From positions 3,998 to 67,997 of the forward strand of contig SHNE01000044.1 in assembly GCA_004295015.1 (NCBI GenBank): DNA of 64,000 nt, given 5' to 3'. Shown one piece after another: positions 1 through 9,862 of the stretch. This stretch comes from Bacteroidota bacterium (GTDB lineage Bacteria; Bacteroidota; Bacteroidia; AKYH767-A; 2013-40CM-41-45). Within the stretch, counting starts at the first letter, position 1; each line of letters begins with the position of its first letter. A model generated the notes under the pieces. It ran no database searches, had not been told where the DNA came from, and saw only the letters and a list, made by a program, of their open reading frames with translations. A program made the translations under genes and the position numbers.

Positions 1-858
1 TGACAAGCTGATTTCTGAGCTTTCATCGTAGAGCAGGACAAAATAAATTCCTGAAGAGAGATTTTCAATTTTGTATTCTGTTTCGGATTGTTGAATTGGG
101 AAGGAGCTGATTTTTTTTCCGGAAATGTCTCTCAATTCGGCTCGCTTAATTGTGAGCGAAGGAGAGCTGATCAATAATGTCTTTGATGCCGGCAAATAGT
201 TTATTGTATTTAGTGACATCGGAATGTTTTCTCTTGTGCCTGTAGAATTGGAAATCAAAGCCAGATCGTCGACAATGAGAGTGCTGTTGACCACCGCGGT
301 AAAACCTGCGCTGGAGGAGAGGAGGCAGCGCGAAAGCACCGGTGTACCAGAGCTAAAATAATTTATTGCTGTTGAGAAATATGTATAGGTCCCAACAGAG
401 GCAGCCGGCGTGGTAAAATTGGCAATACCTATTGTGTCATTTATTGCATCAAGAAGTACAAAGACCACGAAGCCATTGTCACCACCCACGGAGGTATATT
501 TGTACCATCCGCTGATGCTGTCAGGTCTTCCTGTATAGGGAATTCCACCGGAAATAGTTTGTGTGCCTGCATCAATGTTTCCTGTTGTTGCTATTCCGTT
601 TGCCGTGAATGAAAGAACAGTCTTTGTTACGAGCTTCACAGCAAAGCTTCCGCTATGTGCGTCGGCGCCGCTTGCTTTTAGGGCTGTGAGGACACCGAAA
701 GTAAATGTATTTGGATTTAAAGTGTTCCAGCTTGTGAGGTTATCGTAGCCGGCTGCATTCGTCCAAGCTTCAAAACTTGAATCGGGGAGAGGGTTTTGTG
801 CCTGAATTGAAGGTATAATGAAAAACAGAAAAAGGAGGAGAGAAAGAATTTTGTTCAT
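1..858 (-). CDS. Secreted protein with T9SS C-terminal sorting domain. Partial: the N-terminus is at 858 and the C-terminal end runs past the left edge of the window.
   Basis: Reverse-complement ORF starts with ATG at 856-858 (MNKILSLLLFLFFIIPSIQAQ, a signal peptide) and stays open to position 1. The most C-terminal part visible (LISNSTG...YFVLLYDESSEISLS) resembles a Por-secretion-tail domain. It is absent from the ORF track because it runs off the window. Confidence 0.7.
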   Translation of the reverse strand, partial: MNKILSLLLFLFFIIPSIQAQNPLPDSSFEAWTNAAGYDNLTSWNTLNPNTFTFGVLTALKASGADAHSGSFAVKLVTKTVLSFTANGIATTGNIDAGTQTISGGIPYTGRPDSISGWYKYTSVGGDNGFVVFVLLDAINDTIGIANFTTPAASVGTYTYFSTAINYFSSGTPVLSRCLLSSSAGFTAVVNSTLIVDDLALISNSTGTRENIPMSLNTINYLPASKTLLISSPSLTIKRAELRDISGKKISSFPIQQSETEYKIENLSSGIYFVLLYDESSEISLS

Positions 859-924
859 GATCCGGGATTTGATTAGAGCTTAAAGGTAAAAATATTTTTT
901 TCGCATGAAAATTTGCAGCCTTGG

Positions 925-990
925 TGCAATAGCCCCGGGCGAGACGAGTGCAACGAGTTGAGCACGGGACGGGTGTTTGCTTAGAGCTCA
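925..990. promoter_or_regulatory. GC-rich island with repeated CGAG/ACGAG motifs inside an AT-rich divergent promoter region
   Basis: The stretch cccgggcgagacgagtgcaacgagttgagcacgggacggg sits between divergently transcribed genes (858 minus and 1121 plus) and stands out against AT-rich flanks. Confidence 0.2.
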
Positions 991-1120
991 CATCCTATCG
1001 CTTCAAAAGATTGTTTCAGAGAATATTTTAAAAAAAGATATGAGCGGTTTATTGTTTGTTTTTCCCTGTTATTTTAAAATTTGTACATTATAAAATTGTA
1101 TCTTCAGTTCTTATTGGAAA

Positions 1121-1615
1121 ATGATAAAAATGAAGAAAATAGTCGGAATTCTGATGTTATGCATGATTTTTTCTTGCATTTCGATCAATGTGGAGGCTCA
1201 GGAAAGAGCTAATCCCGGGCGGAGTGTGGCCTTGATTTTAACGGTGAGTGGCGTGGATAAGGTCATGGATAGGGTTGAAATATTTAAACAAGATGTATTT
1301 GATGGGAAGGCAAAAAATATTTATACGATGGGTTCTTTGCATTCGAAGAGCGCATTGCACGTTCAGGTATTGAATCAATCGAATGAGATTATTTTTGAAG
1401 GATACCTGGACAATCCACTTGACTTACAACTGGAAAGTTTTAATCCGGATGGAAGCATTGAACGCTCGAGTATGGTCAAAGAGGAAGGCCACGTAAATTT
1501 GCGTTTTCCATTACCTGAGGGAAATCCGGATTTAGTAATAAAATGTTATCAGTATTTCAGTAGCGAATCGGAAACTCTGGTTTCAACTATTAATTTGTCG
1601 AACTATGAGAACTAG
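1121..1615 (+). CDS. Small secreted hypothetical protein (164 aa). It overlaps the downstream peptidase gene by 11 nt and may be its partner or inhibitor.
   Basis: N-terminal signal peptide (MKKIVGILMLCMIFSCISINVEAQ). The stop lies inside the ATGAGAACTAG overlap with the start of the next ORF, which suggests translational coupling. Confidence 0.6.
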   Translation: MIKMKKIVGILMLCMIFSCISINVEAQERANPGRSVALILTVSGVDKVMDRVEIFKQDVFDGKAKNIYTMGSLHSKSALHVQVLNQSNEIIFEGYLDNPLDLQLESFNPDGSIERSSMVKEEGHVNLRFPLPEGNPDLVIKCYQYFSSESETLVSTINLSNYEN

Positions 1616-4454
1616 ATTGCTGATTGCTGTATTTACTTTGATAAGCCTGAGTTCCGCTGCACAGGTTTTTACTGTTGATACGATAGCTTACAATGGAAAC
1701 CCGAATAACAGAATAAATTTGCTCATCATGGGTGATGGTTATATGAGTTCGGAAATGAATACTTTTAGGAGTGATGCTCAGTTGGTGGCAAATTATTTCT
1801 TTTCGGTACCACCGTATAATTTGTACAGGAATTTCTTTAATGTTTTTGCGATCGAAGTGATTTCCAATGAAAGTGGGAATGATCATCCCGGTACGGCCAG
1901 TGATGAAGGCTCGGGTACACAACCTGTCACGTCGGTAGATAATTATTTGCAGACAACTTTCGATTACGGTGGTACTCATCGTTGTATTTATTCGAGTCAG
2001 GGTTCATTGGTATATTCAATAGCCAACACGAATTTTCCAATGTATGATTTCATCAATGTTATTGTAAATACTTCTTACTATGGTGGATGTGCTGGGGGAA
2101 TAGCTTACACCAGTATGAATTCATCATCTCCGGAAGTATTCGTGCATGAGTTTGGACATATGTTCGGAAATCTTTCGGATGAATATGCTTATAGTGATCC
2201 TTGCAACGCAGGAACTGCACAGAATATTAATGTGACTCAGGTTACTGATCCGAATACCATTGTATGGAAGAACTGGCTGACTACTGCTCCATTACCGACA
2301 CCCTCAGGAACAAATTGTAGTTTAATAGGTGCCTATGAAGGTGCAAAGTATTGCACTACTAATTGGTATCGTCCGAAATGTAATTGCAAGATGCGCTCAC
2401 TAAATCAACCGCATTGTGAAGTTTGTACCGAGCAACTTATTTACAAAGTGAGTACTTATGTGAATTATATTGAATCATTCACACCGTCCAATACAGGGAC
2501 CATTTCACTTTGTAAGAATGCTACCTTAAATTTTAATGCCAATGTTCTTAATAGTACAAGCAATACGGTGAGGAGTCAATGGTTTGTAGACAATGTATTA
2601 GTTGTAAATAATAATGTAAATTTTACTTTCGATCCGTCTTCACTTTCTACCGGAATTCATCAGGTAAAATTAGTTGCTTATGATACTACATTACAGGTGA
2701 GAAAGGCATTGAGCACTTATCAGGTTCAGTGGACAGTCGATGTTCTTCCTGCGCCGGTTGCCGTGGCATCATCGAATGGGACTAATTTTTGTTTCGGCCA
2801 GACTTTGAATCTTAGCGCATCAGGGACGGCTCCATTTTCCTGGACAGGACCAAAGGCCTTTTCTGCTTCTGTTCAAAATCCGAGTATCAGTAATCTGGAC
2901 AGTTTAAATTCAGGTACCTATGAGCTTACAACAAGTAATTCCTGTGGGACAGCGACGTCGACTGTGGTAGTGAATGTGAGTTCTTCAATCAATGCAAGCA
3001 TCAGTCCGGCGGGACCTGTTTCATTTTGTATGGGTGATGATATTGTCTTACAGGCAGGAAATACACCCGGTTACAGTTATCAATGGTATTGGAATTCAGG
3101 AGTAATTAGCGGATCAACAAGTCATGACATGACTGTTACACAGGGAGGAGATTATTATGTTGCTGTTTCTATTGACGGAACTTCCTGCAGCGCAAATTCT
3201 TCTACCGTTTCGGTTACTGTTAATCCTGTGCCGGTATCGGGTATTACCACTGCTGATAGTACGACTTTTTGCGAAGGGGATGCTGCACTCTTGCAGGGTC
3301 AGACCGGAGCGGGATATTCGTATCAATGGTTCAGGGATAATCAGGTTTTATCAGGTGGCACCAATGTACAGTGGGCAGCAGTGAGTTCCGGTTCGTATAA
3401 TCTCGTTACATTTATTGGGAGCTGTAGCGATACCTCCTCTGCCATAAGTATCAGTGCTCGTCCTTCTCCTGATGCAACAATTTCATTTATTGGTGACACC
3501 GTGTTTTGTATAGGCGGACAGGTAAATTTATCTGTTCCTGCTTGTGGTGTATGTGTGTATCAATGGAAGAAAAACTTCATAGACATTGTTGCAGCCAATG
3601 ATGTTGATTTGGATATTAGTGAAAGTGGTAATTACCGCGTGGAGATACGAGATACCGTCAATGCTTGTGCATCCTTGTCGAGGGAAGTTTTTGTTGATGT
3701 GCACATGCTCCCTAATGTGATTATAAGTGCAGGCGGCACTTCCTCTATTTGTTCAGGCGATAGTCTTTCATTGTCGGTACCTTTTGATTCTTCCTATACA
3801 TATGAATGGTATAAAAATGGAATCCTTCAAGCCGGGAAAATTTCTTCGTTTATAGTTGTGCTTGATTCAGGAGATTATACTGTGACCGTCAATGATGCTG
3901 TATGCAGTGCGCAAAGTATTCCTTATAGTGTTGCATTGAAAAGCACGCCGAATGTAAGTGTGGTTGCCATACCGGATACAATGTGTATTTTTAACAGCTC
4001 AATTCCTTTGTCAGGAACTCCTTCAGGGGGAATATTTTCCGGTGATGGAGTAACGGGAAACTCCTTTGACCCGGCCGCAGCAGGCACAGGCCAACATAGC
4101 ATTTCGTATAGCTATACAGATACCAATGGCTGTACCGGACAAGTTAGCAATTTAGTTTTCGTAGACATTTGTTTGGGAAGAATTAATCCGGAAGTCCAAA
4201 GCAACTTTAGTATTTTCCCGAATCCGACGACCGGACTTACAAGCATACATTTTACATTGCCTTCTATTTCAGAAGTTCAGTTTAGGCTAAATGATATTTT
4301 CGGCAGGCTGATTCATACTGTTGAAGTATCAGATCTGAACAATTATGAAAATTCATTTATCTTGAACACAAGTGAATTTAATTCAGGCATTTATTTTTTG
4401 ACGATGGAATGGAGCGGTGTGGAGAAAACTCAAAAATTGGTTGTTGTGAAATAG
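1605..4454 (+). CDS. Large secreted M64-like (IgA-peptidase-like) zinc metallopeptidase with tandem Ig-like repeats and a T9SS C-terminal sorting domain
   Basis: Signal peptide present. The N-terminal catalytic domain carries HEFGHMFGNLSDEY (an HExxH zinc motif in a context typical of Peptidase_M64). About six ~80-aa repeats share Y-x-W and G-x-Y motifs. The C-terminal 80 aa (FSIFPNPTTGLTSIHF...GIYFLTMEW...KLVVVK) look like a T9SS sorting domain. Confidence 0.7.
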   Translation: MRTRLLIAVFTLISLSSAAQVFTVDTIAYNGNPNNRINLLIMGDGYMSSEMNTFRSDAQLVANYFFSVPPYNLYRNFFNVFAIEVISNESGNDHPGTASDEGSGTQPVTSVDNYLQTTFDYGGTHRCIYSSQGSLVYSIANTNFPMYDFINVIVNTSYYGGCAGGIAYTSMNSSSPEVFVHEFGHMFGNLSDEYAYSDPCNAGTAQNINVTQVTDPNTIVWKNWLTTAPLPTPSGTNCSLIGAYEGAKYCTTNWYRPKCNCKMRSLNQPHCEVCTEQLIYKVSTYVNYIESFTPSNTGTISLCKNATLNFNANVLNSTSNTVRSQWFVDNVLVVNNNVNFTFDPSSLSTGIHQVKLVAYDTTLQVRKALSTYQVQWTVDVLPAPVAVASSNGTNFCFGQTLNLSASGTAPFSWTGPKAFSASVQNPSISNLDSLNSGTYELTTSNSCGTATSTVVVNVSSSINASISPAGPVSFCMGDDIVLQAGNTPGYSYQWYWNSGVISGSTSHDMTVTQGGDYYVAVSIDGTSCSANSSTVSVTVNPVPVSGITTADSTTFCEGDAALLQGQTGAGYSYQWFRDNQVLSGGTNVQWAAVSSGSYNLVTFIGSCSDTSSAISISARPSPDATISFIGDTVFCIGGQVNLSVPACGVCVYQWKKNFIDIVAANDVDLDISESGNYRVEIRDTVNACASLSREVFVDVHMLPNVIISAGGTSSICSGDSLSLSVPFDSSYTYEWYKNGILQAGKISSFIVVLDSGDYTVTVNDAVCSAQSIPYSVALKSTPNVSVVAIPDTMCIFNSSIPLSGTPSGGIFSGDGVTGNSFDPAAAGTGQHSISYSYTDTNGCTGQVSNLVFVDICLGRINPEVQSNFSIFPNPTTGLTSIHFTLPSISEVQFRLNDIFGRLIHTVEVSDLNNYENSFILNTSEFNSGIYFLTMEWSGVEKTQKLVVVK
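2480..3960 (+). repeat. Tandem Ig-like repeats of about 240 nt (80 aa) inside the M64-like peptidase gene
   Basis: Conserved YQW/YEW/FSW codon blocks recur at about 2575, 2835, 3070, 3310, 3550 and 3790. Each is followed by ...G.Y.V.V....C... and V.V.P. Confidence 0.55.
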
Positions 4455-4494
4455 ATTTTGTTTGAATATTTATTCTTTCGTCCGGTAGACAATC

Positions 4495-6105
4495 TTATTT
4501 GCTAAGTTTCACCCAGGAAATATTTTCGTTTACTTTTCCACTTATTAGTTTAACCAGGTAATAGCCGTCCTGTAAATGAGATGCATCTAAAATAGTTCTC
4601 GTGTACTGAACTTGATTGAGCATTAGTTTCCCACTCAAATCATAGATTCTGATTTCTACTTCGACGTCATCTCCACTAATATTAATTTTACCTGATGAAG
4701 GAACAGGATAAATTGAAAAATGGTTTTTAAATAGTTTAGATACGCCTGTAAGCGCAGAGGCTGAAATTTTCCCTATAACAAAATTCATCAGGCTATTTCC
4801 AATATACGCAGTGCTGTCAAACACAGAGTTGTCTCTGAATGCTGCATTGAAGTAGCAATCACCATTCTCAGCAACTTTTAATGCATTAAGCTTGTTATAG
4901 GTTTCGCTTCCAAAAATTTTCCCCCAACGGGTGTTTCCATTTGGATCGAATGAAATAATACTAAGTCTGTTTTCATATAGCTGCCCTAAGCCGGCTGTCA
5001 GTACAACTCCATTTCCCCAATCCAAGATGCCTGCAGAGCGGCCACTCAAATAAATATTACCGGCAAGATCAACGTCTATACAGTCATCTGCTGTAGGCGT
5101 GAATCTTCCTGTGATAGCTGATGTTCCGGCAGGATTGGATTTTCCCCATTGGAATATTCCCAAGCTGTCAATTTTCAGCAGGAAAAATTCCTGACTCCAT
5201 TGCGGACGAGGGAATGTAAGAGTTCCGAAATTTGTACTGTCATATATTACTCCGGCCAAGTAAGCATTCCCGAGCTCATCACTAACTACCTTGTGATTTA
5301 GAAAAGTGATATCGTTTGCGAAATGAGCCCAGCTTGCATTCCTGTTTGCATCATACCGGCCTATGAATTTAGCATAAGCTGGAATGACAGTATAACTTTG
5401 ATTTCCAAAAGTCATGATCCCACCCTCTGTAGCTCCAGCTATAAAAATATTTCCATAGGGATCAAAGCTGAAGCTGGTCAACAGCAGTGCTCCGTCCTGT
5501 ATTAATGAATCGAGATCATCACCATTTGAATCAACCTGATAAAGTGCGGAATTATTAAAATCATTAATAGCGTACCATAGATTTCCTGACAGATCAATTT
5601 GAAGGTCCTCCAGATTTGTCAGCGGATGTGTTAATTCAAGATTACGCTTCCATAGCAATTGTCCGCCGGCATCAATCTTTGCCAGAAATTTGTTTACATT
5701 CAAACCACTTGCTATGTTAAGGAGTTCATGCAAACCATCGAAATTTAAGGTATCCATAAAGCCGCCACAGATGTATACATTATGATTTAAATCGGTGACA
5801 ATCTTTTTGATAAAAACTTTTTTTGACAAAGTGATACTCCATGAAGGAATGCCTGCCGCATCTCGTTTCTCAAGAAAAACTTTACCGAATGCATCCTGAC
5901 TATAATGAATTGCAAAACTGTCAAGCCTGGCATTGACTTCAGCGCCATCAGAAAAAATTGCAATAGGTGAATTCACCATGTCAGGATTTAAACTGTACTG
6001 AGACTGATGATGGCTTATCCATTCGAAATATTGCGCTTTGTTATCAAGTGAAAAAAGCAAGAACATGAGTGAGAAGACAAGTATTTTTCGAAACATGTGA
6101 AGCAA
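4495..6105 (-). CDS. Secreted beta-propeller-like protein with T9SS C-terminal sorting domain
   Basis: Signal peptide (MFRKILVFSLMFLLFSLDNKAQ). Internal repeats fit a propeller. The C-terminal FSIYPVPSSGKINISGDDVEVEIRIYDLSGKL...YYLVKLISGK region is a Por_Secre_tail-like domain. Confidence 0.7.
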   Translation of the reverse strand: MLHMFRKILVFSLMFLLFSLDNKAQYFEWISHHQSQYSLNPDMVNSPIAIFSDGAEVNARLDSFAIHYSQDAFGKVFLEKRDAAGIPSWSITLSKKVFIKKIVTDLNHNVYICGGFMDTLNFDGLHELLNIASGLNVNKFLAKIDAGGQLLWKRNLELTHPLTNLEDLQIDLSGNLWYAINDFNNSALYQVDSNGDDLDSLIQDGALLLTSFSFDPYGNIFIAGATEGGIMTFGNQSYTVIPAYAKFIGRYDANRNASWAHFANDITFLNHKVVSDELGNAYLAGVIYDSTNFGTLTFPRPQWSQEFFLLKIDSLGIFQWGKSNPAGTSAITGRFTPTADDCIDVDLAGNIYLSGRSAGILDWGNGVVLTAGLGQLYENRLSIISFDPNGNTRWGKIFGSETYNKLNALKVAENGDCYFNAAFRDNSVFDSTAYIGNSLMNFVIGKISASALTGVSKLFKNHFSIYPVPSSGKINISGDDVEVEIRIYDLSGKLMLNQVQYTRTILDASHLQDGYYLVKLISGKVNENISWVKLSK

Positions 6106-6253
6106 GTTTAATGAGTCTTAACCAAAGTTAAGATTTCTGCTTTGGTTTATCGAGTATTTTAACGATAAATTAATTATAAATATAATACTGTATTTGAATT
6201 GGGCCTTAATTTGATTTTTTTGAAGAGTTCTTTCTGTTTCGTACATTTAGGCT

Positions 6254-6715
6254 ATGGTAGGCAAGGCCAACATAAAGAATTTATTAAAGGCAGAATGTGT
6301 CCGCATCTTAGAAGAGCGTATCGAACATGCTTCCCTGGCTATGCTTTCTGCTCAGGAAGCTGCAAACAGCGAAGGAAAGAGTTCAGCAGGTGATAAATAT
6401 GAAACTTCTCGTGCAATGGGACAGCAGGACCGCGACATGAATGCACGGCAATTGGAACAAGCTCGTAAAGATTTGGCTTTTATTCAAGCTCTTGATGTAA
6501 GCCATATACCTGATAGTATTAAGGTCGGCTCATTGGTTTATTGCAAAGAAGGAATATTTTTTATTGCTGCCGGTTTAGGAAGCGTGAATATTGGAGGGAA
6601 ACAAATACATATCGTCTCTCCGGCAGCACCTTTGGCAAATTTGTTATTAAACAAGAGAGTTGGACAAAAAATATCTATGAATGAAAGGAGTTTTGAAATT
6701 TTGGAATTAGGATAG
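6254..6715 (+). CDS. GreA/GreB-family (Rnk-like) protein. Bacteroidota homologs are sometimes mis-annotated as 3-oxoacyl-ACP synthase.
   Basis: The C-terminal FKBP-like segment VGSLVYCKEG...GKQIHIVSPAAPLANLLLNKRVGQKI resembles the GreA C-terminal domain (ISxxSPiaraLiGkkvGd). Confidence 0.5.
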   Translation: MVGKANIKNLLKAECVRILEERIEHASLAMLSAQEAANSEGKSSAGDKYETSRAMGQQDRDMNARQLEQARKDLAFIQALDVSHIPDSIKVGSLVYCKEGIFFIAAGLGSVNIGGKQIHIVSPAAPLANLLLNKRVGQKISMNERSFEILELG

Positions 6716-6753
6716 CAGAATACTATTTACTGAATAAAAAAAGACCCTCAAAA

Positions 6754-8448
6754 ATGAACCGACTTAAAATTTGTTCCGCAATTTTAGTTTTTGTACTTGT
6801 ATCAAGTAACAGTTATTCTCAAACACAACATGCCGGTTGTGCACCGAAAGTTGCCGACAGGGAATGGTACAGTAGTGGTAAAAGAGCACCGCTTTTCGAA
6901 GGGCTTGATGGAATAAATTTTCCGATAACGACAAAAAATCCTGAGGTCCAGAAATATTTTAATCAGGGTCTCATGCTTAGCTATGCATTCAATCATGCTG
7001 AGGCAGCACGTTCTTTTTATGAAGCCATCCGTTTAGATTCCTCATGTGCCATGTGTTATTGGGGCTATGCCCTCGTACTTGGTCCAAATTATAACGCAGG
7101 AATGGAAATGGATAATATCCAAAGGGCCTATGAGGCTTCGCAACGTGCTGTTCAACTAAGCGAATCACTAACACAGAAAGAAAAAATGCTCATTATGGCA
7201 TTGAGTATGCGATATGATTCTGTGCAGACTGAAGATCGATCTTGGAATGATGAGTCATATGCTTTCACCATGGGTTCAGTTTATCTCGTTTTCCCGGATG
7301 ACCCTGATGTGGCTGCATTATATGCAGAAGCACTCATGGATCAACATCCCTGGGATTTATGGAATAGAGATGGCAGCGCGAAATCCTGGACGCCTGAAAT
7401 TGTAAATGTGTTGGAGAAAACACTTAAGAAAAATCCTACACATCCCGGGGCAAATCACTTTTATATACACGCAGTAGAAGCTTCTTCAACACCTGAAAGA
7501 GCGATGGCAAGCGCTGATCTGCTTAGAGATCTTGTCCCTGGAGCAGGGCATTTGGTTCATATGCCTTCACACATATATATACGCACCGGTCGATATCATG
7601 AAGGGACACTCGCAAATCAAAAAGCTGTTGAAGTTGATGAGGAGTATATTTCGGCTTGTCATGCTCAGGGCGTTTATCCCTTGGCATATTTCCCGCACAA
7701 TTATCATTTTATGGCTGCTACTGCTGCCTTAGAAGGTGATAAAACAACAGCAATTATGGCTAGCCGTAAGATGCGTGAGCAATTAAACGCAGAATTATTG
7801 CGTGATCCAGATTGGGGAACCTTGCAGCATTATTATTCCATCATTTACTATGTGATGGTAAAATTTGGAATGTGGGATGAAATACTTATGGAAGCTGTCC
7901 CTGATGCAGAACTCCCATATCCAAGAGCCATTCTTGAATACGCAAAGGGAATGGCCTTTCTTTCAAAGAACAATCTTCCTGAGGCCAAAAAGCATCTTCA
8001 AACGTTGGTGACTCTTTCGAAAGATACTTTAGCTCAGAAAGTAAGTATTTGGGAAATTAACTCTGCAAGTGACCTCATGGCTATCGCCATACATGTTTTA
8101 CATGGGGAGATATTAAACAGAGAAGGAAATGGACAAATGGCAATTGAAGAGTTGAAAAAGGCAATTGCTATAGAAGATCAATTGCAGTATAATGAACCAC
8201 CGGATTGGTTTTTCTCTGTACGTCATAATCTGGGTTCCGTCTTATTGGAGAATAAGATGTATCCTGAAGCTGAGAAAGTTTTGCGTGAAGATCTCGTAAA
8301 GTACCCTTTAAACGGGTGGTCACTTATTGGATTAAATCTTTCGCTTCAGTTCCAGAATAAAATTGAAGAAGCAAAACAGACAGACCTTCAGTTTGAAAAG
8401 GCCTGGAAATATTCTACTGTTGCCATTAAAACTTCAAGAATTCTATAA
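6754..8448 (+). CDS. Secreted hypothetical protein (564 aa), probably alpha-helical and TPR-like
   Basis: Signal peptide (MNRLKICSAILVFVLVSSNSYSQ). I recognise no catalytic motif. Confidence 0.55.
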   Translation: MNRLKICSAILVFVLVSSNSYSQTQHAGCAPKVADREWYSSGKRAPLFEGLDGINFPITTKNPEVQKYFNQGLMLSYAFNHAEAARSFYEAIRLDSSCAMCYWGYALVLGPNYNAGMEMDNIQRAYEASQRAVQLSESLTQKEKMLIMALSMRYDSVQTEDRSWNDESYAFTMGSVYLVFPDDPDVAALYAEALMDQHPWDLWNRDGSAKSWTPEIVNVLEKTLKKNPTHPGANHFYIHAVEASSTPERAMASADLLRDLVPGAGHLVHMPSHIYIRTGRYHEGTLANQKAVEVDEEYISACHAQGVYPLAYFPHNYHFMAATAALEGDKTTAIMASRKMREQLNAELLRDPDWGTLQHYYSIIYYVMVKFGMWDEILMEAVPDAELPYPRAILEYAKGMAFLSKNNLPEAKKHLQTLVTLSKDTLAQKVSIWEINSASDLMAIAIHVLHGEILNREGNGQMAIEELKKAIAIEDQLQYNEPPDWFFSVRHNLGSVLLENKMYPEAEKVLREDLVKYPLNGWSLIGLNLSLQFQNKIEEAKQTDLQFEKAWKYSTVAIKTSRIL

Positions 8449-8513
8449 AATGGAATTTCATGGAATAATAAACTATTTTGTTAAATGTTTGAATAGTCTT
8501 CAGTGCAAAGTTC

Positions 8514-9062
8514 ATGGTACAAGCAGAAATATTTTCTGAACTTCAGGTTAAACATACATCATTTATCGATTATGTGAATTCATTGAATGAAACTTCGTTC
8601 AATTTTTCTCATAATGAAAAATGGACTGCCGGGCAACAGCTTGCACATATTGACCTTTCATTAAAACCCCTTGCAAAAGTTTTATTCTTCCCGAAATTTA
8701 TACTAAAAAGAAAATTTGGTAGAGCTAATCGGGAAAGTAAAAGTTATCAGGCACTGAAGGAAAAATATGTGATGAAGTTACAGGGAGGTGGCACAGCAAA
8801 TACAGCATTCAGACCCGAGGCTATAAAGGTTGATCAGCGCAGGAAGATAATAGAGGATATTGAAAGGTCTTTGGAACGCATTTACAGAAGGGCAGGCAGG
8901 TATTCAGAAGCTGACCTGGATTTTTATATTCTTCCTCATCCTCTGCTTGGAAAACTGACTGTCCGTGAGATGTTATATTTTACAATATATCATGTTCAGC
9001 ATCATGAAGAAATTACAAAAAGAAATTTGACAGAAATTATGAAGTTGAATTCTTCTGTTTAA
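8514..9062 (+). CDS. DinB/YfiT-like four-helix-bundle metal-binding protein (DinB_2-like)
   Basis: Conserved His positions: AHIDLSLKP near the N-terminus and YHVQHHEEI near the C-terminus, as in DinB_2 family proteins. Confidence 0.5.
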   Translation: MVQAEIFSELQVKHTSFIDYVNSLNETSFNFSHNEKWTAGQQLAHIDLSLKPLAKVLFFPKFILKRKFGRANRESKSYQALKEKYVMKLQGGGTANTAFRPEAIKVDQRRKIIEDIERSLERIYRRAGRYSEADLDFYILPHPLLGKLTVREMLYFTIYHVQHHEEITKRNLTEIMKLNSSV

Positions 9063-9076
9063 ATTATTTCATGCTT

Positions 9077-9766
9077 TTATTTATCGATTGCTAAGGCTGC
9101 ATTTATCAGTTGACGTATTGAGGCCAAATGTGATAGCAGAACCAATGGTACTACAACAGTAGGTAACCAATTAAATGGAAAGTAGAGAACGGCGACATTC
9201 GGTTGTTCCAACCCAAATTGTTGGAAGGGAAAGGGAGCAGATAGAATGGCAATACCAACGATATTAAATAGAAGTCCAAGGCAAATGATGTTCCATAGAA
9301 TAAGAAAGTTGGAATTCATTTGTTTTTTAATGAAGAAGAAATAATAAACAATGGGGGCGGTTAAACCGGAGATTATATCAAGATTCCTTCCTTCAAAAGT
9401 CATAATTTGTGGTACAAGTTGATGCAAGAAAAGCCAGAATAAAACCAATTCTACCGGAATGCGGACCATGTGTAGAAGCGTGAGCATTTTGAGATCAAGT
9501 GTGTCAATAAATCGACGTCCTCCTGGTAAAGCAAACAGTGCTATTATGGTTAGAATTGTCGGTAAGACCATTAATGCTAATCGTGGAGGCATGGTATCCG
9601 TTTGTTTTAAATACTCTGTCTGTCCAACCAGTCCTTGCAGAGCCATCCAGGCCAGTAGAATGATAAGGACAATTTTAGAATTCCGGGCCGCTCTGAAAAA
9701 AAGGATAACACTAAGGATAGTCGTAAAGACGAAGGTAATTCCGATTAGAGAGGGAAGTGTTTCCAT
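9077..9766 (-). CDS. Polytopic membrane protein, hypothetical
   Basis: 229 aa with about six hydrophobic helices. I recognise no motif. Confidence 0.5.
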   Translation of the reverse strand: METLPSLIGITFVFTTILSVILFFRAARNSKIVLIILLAWMALQGLVGQTEYLKQTDTMPPRLALMVLPTILTIIALFALPGGRRFIDTLDLKMLTLLHMVRIPVELVLFWLFLHQLVPQIMTFEGRNLDIISGLTAPIVYYFFFIKKQMNSNFLILWNIICLGLLFNIVGIAILSAPFPFQQFGLEQPNVAVLYFPFNWLPTVVVPLVLLSHLASIRQLINAALAIDK

Positions 9767-9862
9767 AAAAAGCAGAATTTTTACAAAGATTATACTAAAA
9801 AACTTGGCAATGCAAGAAATATTTAATTAGGCTCCAGATGGGAAGACTCAAATTTTGTTCAT

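Noticed and set aside
563-991. Small ORFs 563..748 (+) and 770..991 (-) from the track
   Set aside because: 563..748 lies antisense within the real minus-strand T9SS cargo gene (1..858). 770..991 overlaps that gene's N-terminus in a different frame with no signals. Both are shadow ORFs.
3114-9830. Numerous 60-120-aa ORFs nested inside or antisense to larger genes (for example 3114..3326, 3157..3384, 5323..5505, 6802..7174, 7214..7732, 9459..9830, 10009..10481, 13172..13396, 16551..17069, 20574..21911, 30354..30623, 33114..33326, 35398..35745, 43416..44878, 46463..46783, 47253..47623, 48587..48781, 49061..50009, 52159..52431, 54574..54840, 56407..56622, 57095..57331, 59337..59901, 60822..61046, 61781..62011, 63352..63795)
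   Set aside because: All overlap strongly supported longer CDSs in other frames or on the opposite strand, and none carries a recognisable motif. I treat them as spurious.
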